From: Adineta vaga
Taxonomy: Eukaryota > Animalia > Rotifera
Assembly: GCA_021613535.1 (NCBI GenBank)
Contig: CP075497.1
Coordinates: 3,100,001 to 3,164,000 of the forward strand
Length of the DNA stretch: 64,000 nucleotides
Reading direction: 5' to 3'
Part shown: in pieces, positions 51,939-64,000 of the stretch
How positions within the stretch are numbered: the stretch's first letter is position 1
Layout: the number at the start of each line of letters is the position of its first letter
Position numbers and translations under genes: made by a program
Notes under the pieces: model-generated
Seen by the model: only the letters and a program-made list of their open reading frames with translations
The model's database searches: none
What the model was told of the DNA's origin: nothing

Positions 51939-54672
51939 CTATTGCTTCTTTGTACCCCAAGAGAAAAGTCCTTTGACAAAACCACCAATAACAGTTTGTT
52001 GTTGTTGTCCTCTATCATTCGTTGTTGACATTGCTTGACGTTTACTTTGAACTTTATCATCCAAAGATGGAAATGTTAAATGATTGAGTGCTAAATCAAA
52101 CAGAACCGGTTTGCATGGAATTGGTTGAAATGGTGGTGGTAAAGAAACAACATTAAGACGATTTTTATTCGTTAATGATGAATCTTCAAAATATGTTTCT
52201 AAACGATCAATTAATGGCTAGAAAAGACAAACGATATATTGAAATCGTTGGTAAAGTAAAACTTTTACTTTTTTCTCTAATTCTTTCTGTTCATCGAGTG
52301 AAAGAACTTCATCAAATGATTGTTGAATAGTACCAACTTTAGGTGATGCAGTACCCGTTGGTGTTGATGTTGCTGATGTTTGAATTTGATATTTAACTTC
52401 ATCAAGTTTCGATTGAATAAAAGTAAATTCATTTAATAAAGTCTATTGAGAAGAAAACAGAACCAAAATTGTTTTATCAATCAAATTTTCAACGAGAAAA
52501 TATCTTTACTTGATAATTAATTTCACTTGATTTTGGTTGTTGTCCATCAGTAGCTAATTTCTTCGCTTGTTCCATATAGATTTCAGTTTTGTTGACCAAA
52601 GCAGCGGAATCTTTGAAACGTTTTTGTTGAACAAATGATATTGCGATATAAAATGATCTATATCAAGAAAAATACGAAAGTTTTATCTAGTATGTGTTGC
52701 TTTGGTAAAAGAATAGATCAAACCTGCAAGCCTTGTAGATAATTGTTTGAAAATTCACATCCGATTGAATTGTTTTATCATTTTGTAACGCAGGTATTGC
52801 GATGATATCATTTAAAAACTATGAATATATTCATGAATGAATGCATAATGTACAGAAGAAAAAGTTTCTCTTACTTGTAATAACAGATCATACATTCGGA
52901 TCAAATCAGCCGATTTTGTAACCTTTTTGCTTCCCGTAGCATCTGTTTTATCATTTCCGGATGTTGTCGATTTGAATACTTGTTGTTTACCATTTTCAAT
53001 CATTGCTAAATTACGTTCGATCATTTTCGAAAGACGAATCCATGCAATGTAACTATAAAGCCAAACACCATCGGATAATTTTTCAGCAGTTTCACGTTTT
53101 GTATTATCAACTGGTGCAGCCGATACTGGAATGGGTTTGAATGTCTACAAAAAATACGAAGAATATTCTAGAAAATAGTTTATACTATGTTTAAAATACG
53201 TACAGGATCATTTTTAAGTTCATCTTTAACAATTTGCAATGTTTCCACTGCTTCTTTAAGAAAACTTTCGTATAAACTCATTTTGGTGTCAAATGAAACA
53301 CCTGATTTCTTTTTTTAAAAAAAGAGTAAGAAATGAATGTCATATAGAATTGATTCGTATGTATTTAAATTAATTTTACTTTGATTTCAGTTTCAAATTC
53401 TTGTAAATTTAATAAAAATAAACGAGCTTTTTCACTTGTTACTTGAATTTTACGTTGTCGCCATGTTATTTCAGAAATGGATGATGTTTGCTGTTCATGT
53501 GTTTCACTAAGAAATGCCTACAACAAAGATGTAAGTTAATAATCTAATGAATGAGTAAGACTTACATCAAGAACTCGTGTCATTTCAGGATCATCCAATG
53601 CTGCTTTTGTTCTTAAATTTCTTAATTCTTTCGCAGCATTTTTATCACCATTCTTATATTGACAAAACCGAACATTTGTTGTTATTTCATCAATACGTTG
53701 ATCAAGCATTAATTTATCATCTTCACTGCGAACACCCGTTATTAATTTATCATAAATGGCTCTAAATATCATTGCATGAATGAAAAATTTCATAATCATA
53801 ATCGATTTACTTACTGAGCACGAATATAAAATTCTAGTGCATTACTCCATTGTTGCATTTCGAATTTTAAATGTCCATTCATCACAGCTGTATAAGCCTG
53901 AATCGATAGGATTGAATAGATGAAAATATTTTCAAATAATCATTTTTTACTTGAACTTCAAGTTTTGTACGAGCATCACATGTTTTCTGTTGATTGCATA
54001 AAGTTTCCAATTGAGCAGCATGTTTTACTGCTTTACGAAGACGATTTAGAAGATGAAATTTTTTTCGTGGTTCCGTATTTGCTTCACCTAGAATTAATCA
54101 AACATGATGAATATTCATTGCAATTGATCGATCGATCGATATACTTTTAAGTTGCATAGCATAAGCCCAAGCACGTTCACTGCAAATCAATGGTAATAAA
54201 AGATATCTGAAAAAAGTAAAGAATAGAATGATGAAATGAAAAACAATAACTTTTAGAAATATACCGTGAGTCTTTTGCAACGAGTTCATCTGTAATAACA
54301 GGTTTTTGAAACTTTTTATGATTACCATAGGTAGCTTCAAGTGATTTTCGTATACGACGAAGTCGACGAGAGCAAAATGATCTGAAAGGCAGAGAAATCG
54401 TTTTTTTTCTAGATAGAAGAATGAAATAAGTCGTTCAACTAACCGATATCGTTGGTAGTCACCATGACGAAGACCATGCTGTTGTTGACAAAGTCGAATG
54501 ATACGAAGAACTACAAATAAAAATGTGACAATCAAATTATAATTAACAAAGATCTGATAAACAAATACATACTATCAAGTTTTAATGGAGGTGTAACCTT
54601 CGTTGATTGACTAGTCGAAGTCGTTGCTGCTAAGGTGTCACTTGTAGGTTCAGATGATGTTGGTTGAGACAT
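51939..54672 (-). CDS. SRP68: Signal recognition particle subunit SRP68
   Basis: QQQHGLRHGDYQRYR..SRRLRRIRK, SERAWAYAMQLK.EANTEPRKKFHLLNRLRKAVKHA, FPPPFQPIPCKPVLFDLALNHLTFPSL, GFVKGLFSWG. Confidence 0.96.
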
Positions 54673-55094
54673 AGTGTTAAAACTAAAAATTCAATACTGA
54701 TCTGCAATAAGAAATTCACGTCCTCAAAAGAACTAACTAATATATAGCGAGACGAGAATAACGACAACACGACACCCTACATACAAAGCGAGAAACATTT
54801 TATTGGTACTTATAAGACACGTCTATCCGTTAGATGTCGTTAAATGTCGAAGTGCTTCTTGTTCAAAACAATAATAATTTGCCTTCAAAATCTTCAACTT
54901 GAAAAAATTGGATTTTCCCTTGATACATATACATTTCGAAAAGGTATAGGCATAATCAACATCGCCTATGAGTTAGTTTATATATTTTTTTTATTAAAGA
55001 TATGTATGTATAATGAATAATAGATGCAAAAGAAAGAGAAAAAAAACATCAAATTGCCACATTTTGCATCTGCTCTAATATCGACTGATTCAAG

Positions 55095-58000
55095 TTAAGA
55101 TTCTTTTCCGCTTGCGCAATGTAATCTTGTTGCACTTCCAAATATAAATCAATATAACGTGTATTATGCTCCACTAAATAATTCTAAATAAAAACAAAGC
55201 AATGATAGGAAAACGAATGAAGTTCAATGTGTTCTTACCTGCATATTCGATTTTGACTCCATGTATTCAAGAAGAATTGCATATGCTTGATTCTCAACAT
55301 CTTCAATAGATTGATCCACGTTCATTTCTTGATCTATTCATAGAAAGAGTTGAAATATGTTTTTTTTTGTAAACAAGTCTGTTACTTTGATGTTTCAATG
55401 TTTCGATAATATCTACTAATAATTGATCATAATTTTCTATTTGTATTTCATCTTGCTGATGTAAATCATCAATTTCTTCTCGATGTTCCTCATTGAAAGA
55501 AATTGAATCAATTTCACTTGTTTCATCATGTCCATTTATTGTTGTTGATGATGTCGATTTAAATGGTGGTTGTTGGTGTTGTTGTTCATCATCATCTTTA
55601 GTGAATTGTGATGATAAGGAATGATTATGTGTTGATACTGACATATCATCAGTAAATCGTAAATATTGACATTCAAGTTGTTGATTAAGTTCATCGAGAT
55701 ATGTTATATTTTTTGTTAAAAGTTTCAATTGTTCTAAACGTTCACCATGAACTTTCGTTTCTTTTTCATTATCATCGAGTTCATTTTGAAGATTACTAAG
55801 TTTTAATGTTTCATTATTAACAATCTACAGAAAAGAAATCATCGTTGAAGAAAATTACAAATTAAAATCTACTTTTCGAAGTTGTTCACAATTTTCTTCC
55901 AATACACATATTTCATTATTTTTCTCATCATTTGCCGACATTTGTTTTCGTCGGAATGTAACTCTTAAAAGACAGCATGAATCTTTAACAAATGACAACA
56001 TGTCTTCCTTTTAACTTACTTTCCCAATTCTACAACTTTCCCACCTAATAATGTATTCTCATCGGAAATACATTTTGATTCATGATTACACATATTTAAT
56101 TCGTCAGGAAGATAAATAGCTACTTCATCTCGAAGTGTACTCGTAAATGCGTACTATAAATAAAGAAAACATACGAACGATGGAATGTTTGTTGTTTTTT
56201 CGTGAACTTACTGCAGTATGAAGATCATTAAGATGTCTTTTATAGGATTTTTCTTTCGCCCATAGATACTCCCATATTTTTCGATATTGATCAGTTAAAA
56301 ATATTTCATAGCTTGAATGACATTCATATAAACGATCAAATTGTTTTAATTCCTTGGAAGAACAATCTAAACGATAAGATTATTGAATACATGCTTTGTT
56401 ATTTTGAATAAGAATATTGAAAATTTTTAAGTGCCTCTTATCATGAGCTGTCAGTAGAATTATTCTTCGTATTGTCGAGATAAAAAATCTAAAACGGAAG
56501 AATTTTACTTACTATTAGTAACAATATCATTGAAATCAAAATGTGGTATTGAAATCAAATCATGATCATTCCATGATAATTCATCAACAATTGAATTTTT
56601 TGTTTCCGAATTGATATACAATTCAGTTGGAATAGGCATTGCCCATGAATCCATAGATGATCTTTGATTTATAAGAACGTTATCATCATTATCATCTTCA
56701 TCATATTCAGTTTGATGTGTTAAATGATGTTTTTGATAAAATGGTCCGGTTGCTGAATTTCGTGTTCGTTGTTTTATTGAAAGTGATCGTGTACGAGGTA
56801 AAATATCATCTGTAGATGTTGTTGTTATTGGTGCAGCAAGAACAGGTGAATGTACATGATGTCCACTGGCACAAGAAGCCGATGCACATCGTTGTCGTTT
56901 TTCATTTGTTGATGTTGGAGAACTATCATCATATTGTTGATGATGCTGCTGTTGTTGATTATCGAGACTGTGTTCTGATGGAGAAACATAAAATGTTGCA
57001 TAACGTTGTGGAGTTGATACAATAAGAAGATTCGAATCAAAGCGACCAAGGATTTTTCTCCAATCCGAGGGTATATCTGTAAAAAAAAGAAAACATTTTA
57101 TATGATGATTGTCAAAGGAAAAACATCATCGAAACAAACTTTGATCATAAATTGTTGAAATTGTATTGATAACTGTTTCAACATAGATATGATGTTCTTG
57201 ATGTGAACGCCGAATCGTTGGTGTAGATGTTGCAGATGATGTCAGATCAGTATTACTTTGTAATTCTGGCATTGTTTTCACTGCTCGTATATCTGATCCA
57301 AGTGAAGGGGAAGGTGATGTTAATATTCCCGAAGACACATTAGGAATCGATAATGTATTGGTAGTATTAGCAGTTGTAGTAGCTGCTATACCAACATCAG
57401 GTGTAGAAATTGTTGTTGCTGGAGTCGATGCAGATGTTGGACGAACGAAAGATTTGATTTTATCCTTAAACTTTTGAAATGGAGAACTACTGGATCGTTT
57501 TGAAATAATTTCCGCTAGAATTTCAAACTCATAAAATAATTCTATTCAATCATCTAAAAAATATATCCTACGTGGTGTTACATTATCAATCATACTTCTC
57601 AATCCATCATATAATTGATCAGTTGATCTAGCTGGTGATTGTCCTAGAGAGAAGACTTAAATATATTTCATAGGATTATTTTACTCGAATTCTTACGTTT
57701 AAAATGTTGAAATGGTAAAATTCTTTTCATTTCTTGATGCATCCAATTGACATTCATTGGTAGTTCTCTTCCAAATAATGGATCTAATGAAAGTTTTCTC
57801 GCCTCATAAATAATATTATAAATATCGTTTCTTAATCGTTTATCTTTATCTGATTCACGTTTTCTATCACTTTCAATTAATCGTGAATTTAATCGAACAC
57901 GTTGAAACATTGGAATAAAAATATTTTCAAATACATCGGGATTTTCATTACGTAAAAATTCACGTTGAATTTGATAAATAAAATTACATGGATATGCTGT

Positions 58001-58838
58001 ATAAAGTGTATAGAATAATGCATGAGCCGATTGATTAACAATCCATAATTGAACTTTCTCAAGTGAATCTAAAAACAAGTCAAAATCGAGTTATAAACAA
58101 ATTTCTAGAAGTTTGATTTTTTTACGAGAATATATTTGAAGTGATAATTGTCGAAGTGAAGCAAGATTCTTATATAAATATTTGCATGTAGCTTTAAATA
58201 TATTCACAATTGCATCTGTTTGTTGAATAATTTCACCTGGTAAAGTTGCAGCTAATGCAGCAAAGAAATAACAACCTTGTGCTAAAATATTTGGATCATC
58301 TTTACACTAAAAAATTTCAAAAAAGAAATCGAATATTAACTTGGCAATTTTATCAATCCTACTTTTGTGATTGCATTAAGACAATTTGTAAGTAAAACGC
58401 TATCTTTAATCAATAATGCTAATCCAGGTACTTGACTATGAATAATTAAACATAAGATACGAAATACTTTCATTGTATGAGCTATTCTTTCTTGTTCTTC
58501 ATGGGAATGCAAATCGGTATTACCAAGACTAATTGATTGACGATTACACTGTTTCAAACCTTGATTATTCAAATGTTCGATAAGAATCTATGTGCAAAGG
58601 AAAATTTTGATTAAAATTAAAATTATAATTTTTAAAGATATACTTTAGTTTGTTCCTTTCCATGCTCATTGAATTGTTTGATTAAAAGAAGAGCATTTGG
58701 TGATTCAGTTTGGAAATAATAATCAATCAATTGATTCAATAATGGTTGATTTGGTTGTTGACAATCTGCTATGAGAGTTGCAAGCAGATTTTGCCGATTC
58801 GAGGCTGAATTTCGCCTATTATCTAGGATAGTAAACAT
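55095..58838 (-). CDS. TSC1: Hamartin (TSC1) ortholog, divergent
   Basis: LLNQLIDYYFQT, ALFYTLYTAYPCNF..VFENIFIPMFQRVRL..IIYEARKLSLDP match the hamartin N-terminal domain; S/T-rich middle and coiled-coil C-terminus. The exact start exon is uncertain. Confidence 0.82.
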
Positions 58839-58973
58839 CTAAAATAAAAAAACGAAATTCAATTGCATTACAGATGTGCACATTCTCATCTTCCAAATGT
58901 TTTTTTTATTCTTATAAAAAGCAAAGCACATCATGAATAGTTTTAGGAAAGGGTCACTCGCTTATATAACACG

Positions 58974-60078
58974 ATGTTTGTTACATTTATCATTCTACTC
59001 GTTGTACTGCCTCTCAGTTGGGCAGGTCCAACGAATCATTGGTCTGTTGGAAATATTATTATCACAAAACCAGACATACGTTTTCGATTAGATATTTATT
59101 CTCCAACAACACCTGGTTTATATCCTGTTCTTATCTATTTACCAGGTTTAGCTGGTCTAGTACCATCAACATTCTATACTACAATGGTAACAGCTATAGC
59201 TGAACAAAATGTTATTCTTGTTGGTATTTCAAAAATTGAAAATATTAAACCAGAAAAAATATCAGTTCATATGGGTGAATTTCTTGAATGGGCTATGAAA
59301 CCAAATGATGGTATTGCTCATCTATTTGCTGAACATAAACAAGTTAAACAAGTTCTACCAAATCTCGAACGTCTTGGCTTTCTCACACATTCATCAGCAG
59401 CTCATTCACTAGGTCAATATATGAATACAACATGCGGTCCAATAAAATTAATTATTATGATGAATCCTGTCGATGGAATTGATCCGTTTGGTATTGTACA
59501 AGATTTCATTACACGTATGAAAAGAAAATCAATCCTATTCAATTGTCTCTCCTTTTCTATTCAGATCCTCCAACGCCTCTTCCATTTCGAACACCAGCAT
59601 TGATTATCTCGGCTGGTTTAGGTAAAACTTAATCTATATATTCTCTCTCAACTTCAACTTCTCTCTCTCTCTCCCTCTCCTAATCTTAGATAATGTCTCA
59701 GTTGGTCAGAAAACTCCAGCCTGTGCACCTAATAATATAAGTAATGATCGATGGTATCGTTCCTTATATGGACCAACATTTCTAATTAATATTACTGATT
59801 ACGGTCATGCAGATAATCTCGATGAACCTTTTCATGAAGCTAGTAAACTCATGTGTACAGCTTGTAAAGGTTCTCTTTGTCAGTTTCGTCAGTATAAAAT
59901 CGACGAAGCAACATTAATAACATCTTTCATTCGTGCCATATTCGAACGTGATCTTCGGCAATTATATATCATTAAAAATCCTCAATTCACTATTCAAAGT
60001 CATGTTTCAAATAAATATGATTTCCATGGTTATGACTATCAATATGGAGGACCTGGAGGTTTTTGTACGCATGATTAA
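58974..60078 (+). CDS. Secreted chlorophyllase-like alpha/beta-hydrolase (3 exons)
   Basis: Signal peptide, IYSPTTPGLYPVLIYLPG, nucleophile THSSAA, NPVDG, PALIISAGL, PACAP, DYGHADNLD: the chlorophyllase family motif order. Confidence 0.8.
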
Positions 60079-60114
60079 CATAACAATAAAAGAAAGTTCA
60101 AACTTTTGCTTAGC

Positions 60115-60718
60115 TTATTTTTTCATCGAATAAGTTCCGTAAAGTTCATGTTTTTTGTGCCATTCTTCTATACTTCCTTGTGGATAACGTGGATATGCAT
60201 GAATGTTATCACCTGTTGGAATTTCAATATGATTGAGTTTGAAATCTGTCATTATATGATTATATTCATCAGGTTTTGGTAATGGTGTATCAATCGCTGA
60301 TGCAAATGGATAAACCCATTGAGCATACTCATCATTATAAGCCCATAAATACGAAGCACATTCACTACAGAAATGTCGTTTATGATTACTTAATTTTGTA
60401 CTGGATTTTTCATTAGCACCACTTTCCGTATCTGTTAATTTTGCTTGATAAACTTTAACAAATTCTTGACCTTGCTTGATTTTAAATGTCGAATATTCAC
60501 CCATAATATTACAATTGAAAACACCAGCTGTTTTCGTATCCGCATGACAATGGCATATCATATACGGATATGGAGTATCTGCAATGAAAACAACAAACTT
60601 TTGTAATAAATAGATAACCTATATAATAAAAACACCTACATGAATCGACTGAAAATTTTACACGTTGACAATGGCAACTTCCTTCCAGTGTTACTGGTTT
60701 TGATGTCGACGAAGTCAT
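60115..60718 (-). CDS. GFA/CENP-V (Mss4-like) Zn-binding protein, microbial-type subfamily; 2 exons
   Basis: LEGSCHCQRVKF..YTPYPYMICHC..KTAG..RHFCSECASYLW..YPFASAIDTPLP..YPQGSIEEWHKK. One phase-1 intron at about 60579-60639. Confidence 0.85.
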
Positions 60719-60989
60719 TCCGGAAAAAAGAGTTTCTTTTTCTAAAACATATTGATATATAAGCTCGTATTGTTCTTTTATTAAAATTGAATGCGATATA
60801 TAAATTATTCTATAAACATCCGAGAGATTTCTGTTTTTCTTTTTTGTATATGAAAAATAGAATAAAAATAAAAAGTGCTGAATTGATAGAAAAAGTATAT
60901 GATGATCATTTGAAAAATTGATGTGAATAATTAACATCGACTAGTTTTAAATTATCCATTTGCAACGGAGAACAAGCAATCATGAAATT

Positions 60990-63900
60990 TCACTTTGACG
61001 GTTTTTTCACACTTGACGATCTCTAAAAAAAAGAAACAGACGAAAGAACAATCATTGATTATCGAATCATTTCGATGAGATGGTTTCTTACGATTGTTTG
61101 TGGTCTATTCAAAGGTATGAAATCTTGTCGAGAAAGTAGTTCGTCTGATTGAGAAGGAGGAAGTTTAGATATTGTAGATGATGAATTATCTTCGTTCGGT
61201 AAGAAATCACGAGATCTTCGTTCATCTATGTAAGAAAAAAGGAGTGAATATGGAATAGAATATTTTCTTGATAAGTTTCATCGTACCATGTCTACTGAAC
61301 AGCATTGATGCTCGTTGTTTCTGTTGTTGTTGAAGTTCAGAAAAACGTTTTGGTTGAATTTCAATAGTTGATCGATATTGTACAGAAGTTGTTGTTGATC
61401 GTGCACGCCGTGATGTACCAACCAATCGTTCCTGTACTATAAAAACAAAATGTTATTGAAATATTTCTCTTTTAACAACAAGTTTCTTTTTAGAGAATCT
61501 TCAATATAAATTAAAGCTTAACATTTGATGAAGAAAACATCTTCGTTCGATTTCAATTAAATAAAACTTACATTGTGAAGAGACTCGATTTGTAACAAAA
61601 GCATTCGTATTTTGTCTTGTATCTTCATTTTGACTTAATACTGTAGTTCGACTTCTGTCTACATCTGTTTCATTATCAGTTGTCAATGGATTATTTGTAT
61701 CCTATTTGAAAATCAATAGAAAAATTATATCAAATAGTTAAATTAGATATTTACTTCATCAGCATATGACGATGGTATGCGCGATGGTTGAATCGATGGT
61801 GAGGAAATATTTGTTGTATTGTTTGTTTCATGTTCCGAATCTATATGAATTTAAATCTTAATTTTCTGAATATAATTGAATCTTTCGAGTTATTTTCTAT
61901 TGAAAAAAACTAAATTCAAATCATTGAAATCCAAAAAAACAAACAGTTATTTATGAGGAAAATATAGTATTAATAAACAAAACAATAGCATCTATGCACA
62001 CCTCGATTATATTGGAGTGGAAATAATGCTGAAATATATTGATATTTGAAAAAAAAGAGAAACAGAAATCAACCCCTTAAAGCCTTACTATTGAGTCGAC
62101 GAAGTAAATACGTCGTTGTAAATGCATTTCGAGATTCATTAATCAAGGTTAATTCATGTAGATCAGCTGTTTGACAAGCTGAATAACGAACAGGATCACC
62201 TGAAGATAATCATCAAAGAAAAATTACGACTTTAATGAAATTTTCATCTTTTGTTTTTACACAAATATTAGAATAAACAATTAAAGAAATGTCAAAATAA
62301 AGTGGCGCCACATACACTAATATTTACATATAAATATATCGATTTCTCTCTGACATCTAGCGGCATCATTTCGTAAACTGATCTTTACCTTTATCTGAGA
62401 CTGTTTTCTGAGTTCGTAAGAAAGAAGATGTTAGTAAAAGATCATCCAAAAGTTGTTGATGTACGGATTGTTTTTCTCGATTGTTAGTTGTTATGAGTTT
62501 ATAAACTTCAGTCTAGAATAAGGAGACCAAGCAAGTTACACACAGATTATTAGAGGCGGAGGAGAAGAAAATAAATCTTTTTTAGATAACTTCAAATAGA
62601 ACTCATCCATACCATGAGTAGCTTTGAATATTTGCTAGAAATTCAAATTGCCGAATTTTGGAATAGCATTCTATGTTATTTAATTCATACCTGTGATCGT
62701 CGTGCTCTTTCATCAGCTGTTGCTACGCGATTGTTTGGAACTGATGTCGGTGTTATAGTTGGACAACGACTTGCTCGACTTGTATTATTACTCGTACCTT
62801 CTAATCGAACTGGATCAGTATTACAAGTATGAAGTCGACGAGCTGACATCGAGACTCTTGGTTTACCCATGTCCGTAATCTAACAAAAATAGAGCGAAAT
62901 GTACAATAGATCATCGAAATAAAACAAAGTAGAATTAAAATTAGAAGAAGATAAAGCAAAAGCTTTGAAGCAATAATTAAAGCAATTAGTTTCGCATATT
63001 CCTTAGCAGAACATATCGTAAAAATGTTTAATATATATTAAGTTAAGGAGCAAAGAAAAGAGCAAGTAGTAGTATTATCGATGATTTTGAGTGTATATAT
63101 ATATAATGCAAATATTTTTGTACCAATGGTATTTCAGTGCGTGGAAGTCGTGCATTTAGACAGGCAACACATTTGCAAACGCGATAATTTTGAAGACCAC
63201 GAGCTCGTCTTCTCTTCCGTTGCTTGTTTTCACCTTCCGTCTAGAATTTGTTTTCGATTTTAATTTAATAATAACATAGATTCAAAATCAGAATTGTTCA
63301 TTTTCATTCATATCATCCATCGAAAGAGAAAAACACGAAGAAGAAGACTGACGTACTAAACTTACCTCTGATACGGGTGGATTATTAACTGTAGTTTCTA
63401 ATAAAGCCTTGAAAATATGAAAAAGAGAAAAAGGATGCACAACATAACCTTTGCAAAGTTAAAGTTAGTTTATCATTGGAGATAGTGTGATGAGAATAAG
63501 AAGAATAATGAGAGAAAACTCAGAAGACTAAGAAGGAATAAAGAAGAATTGAAAAACTTACAATATTTGGAAATTGAGAAGTACGAGTTTTGGACACGGT
63601 TAAACCTGTAGATTTATTCTAATTCCAAACATATGTTTAAATAGGATTAGTAAACACGATCAGACAAATTACTTTAAGAGAATTTTCTTTGTCGATTTCA
63701 TCTTTCTTCTTAACTTCTTTAATTGGTTTTGTTGGTGTGACTTTTTTTCTTGTTTTTTTCAATTGAAGCTAACGAAAACAAATGATTTTGAAAGTGAATA
63801 TTATCTAATAAAATGTACTTTTGCTGCTGCAATAACTTCCAAATGTTTCGGTAAACCATCATCAGCTGATGAATCAGATCCATCATCATCACTGAAATTA

Positions 63901-64000
63901 TTGAAAAAAGAAATCATTTTTCTATTCAAACCTTTTTTTTCTTTTATTGTCTACCTTGAATCATCATCGGATGAGAATTGATCCAGATCAATATCTGCTA
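60990..64000 (-). CDS. 3' part of a multi-exon gene, probably the disordered C-terminal tail of a cytosolic carboxypeptidase (AGBL2/3, CCP2/3)
   Basis: Exon at about 63818-63891 reads SDDDGSDSSADDGLPKHL followed by a Lys-rich exon, like the GSDSSxxDGLP motif after the CCP catalytic domain. The catalytic domain would lie beyond the window. Stop TGA at 60990-60992. Confidence 0.5.

Noticed and set aside
1-64000. Prokaryotic-type systems (CRISPR array, bacterial operons, phage or defence genes)
   Set aside because: Most genes are spliceosomal-intron-containing animal genes. No repeat-spacer array was seen; the repeat at 1-106 has no unique spacers.

Overview
This is AT-rich, gene-dense eukaryotic (animal) DNA with many short GT-AG introns of about 50-65 nt, so the ORF track mostly shows exon fragments. 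Gene content and architecture fit a bdelloid rotifer genome (inference). I spliced about 25 protein-coding genes by eye: a GPCR pseudogene, an orphan ORF, INTS14, RRP5/PDCD11, a G-protein gamma subunit, an S33-like hydrolase, a PWWP-like protein, POLE2, a TEN1/RPA3-like OB-fold protein, IGF2BP/Imp, ZC3H11A-like, a BAG protein, a Cys-loop channel subunit, ANKLE2, ATG13, COX5B, tectonic, PSMG1, an ADAM17-like pseudoprotease, AIG1/ADTRP, CHMP6, SRP68, TSC1, a chlorophyllase-like hydrolase, a GFA-family protein and the 3' end of a probable AGBL2/3 carboxypeptidase. No rRNA, tRNA or CRISPR array was recognised. Most notable: (1) the OB-fold ORF stops 12 nt upstream of, and in frame with, POLE2; (2) operon-like same-strand chains with 74-158 nt gaps and splice acceptors just before the ATG; (3) a G-gamma gene with two duplicated alternative first exons; (4) a hidden myristoylation exon in the BAG gene; (5) an intronless, catalytically dead ADAM17-like gene; (6) three candidate horizontally acquired enzymes. 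Family assignments come from remembered motifs, not database searches.
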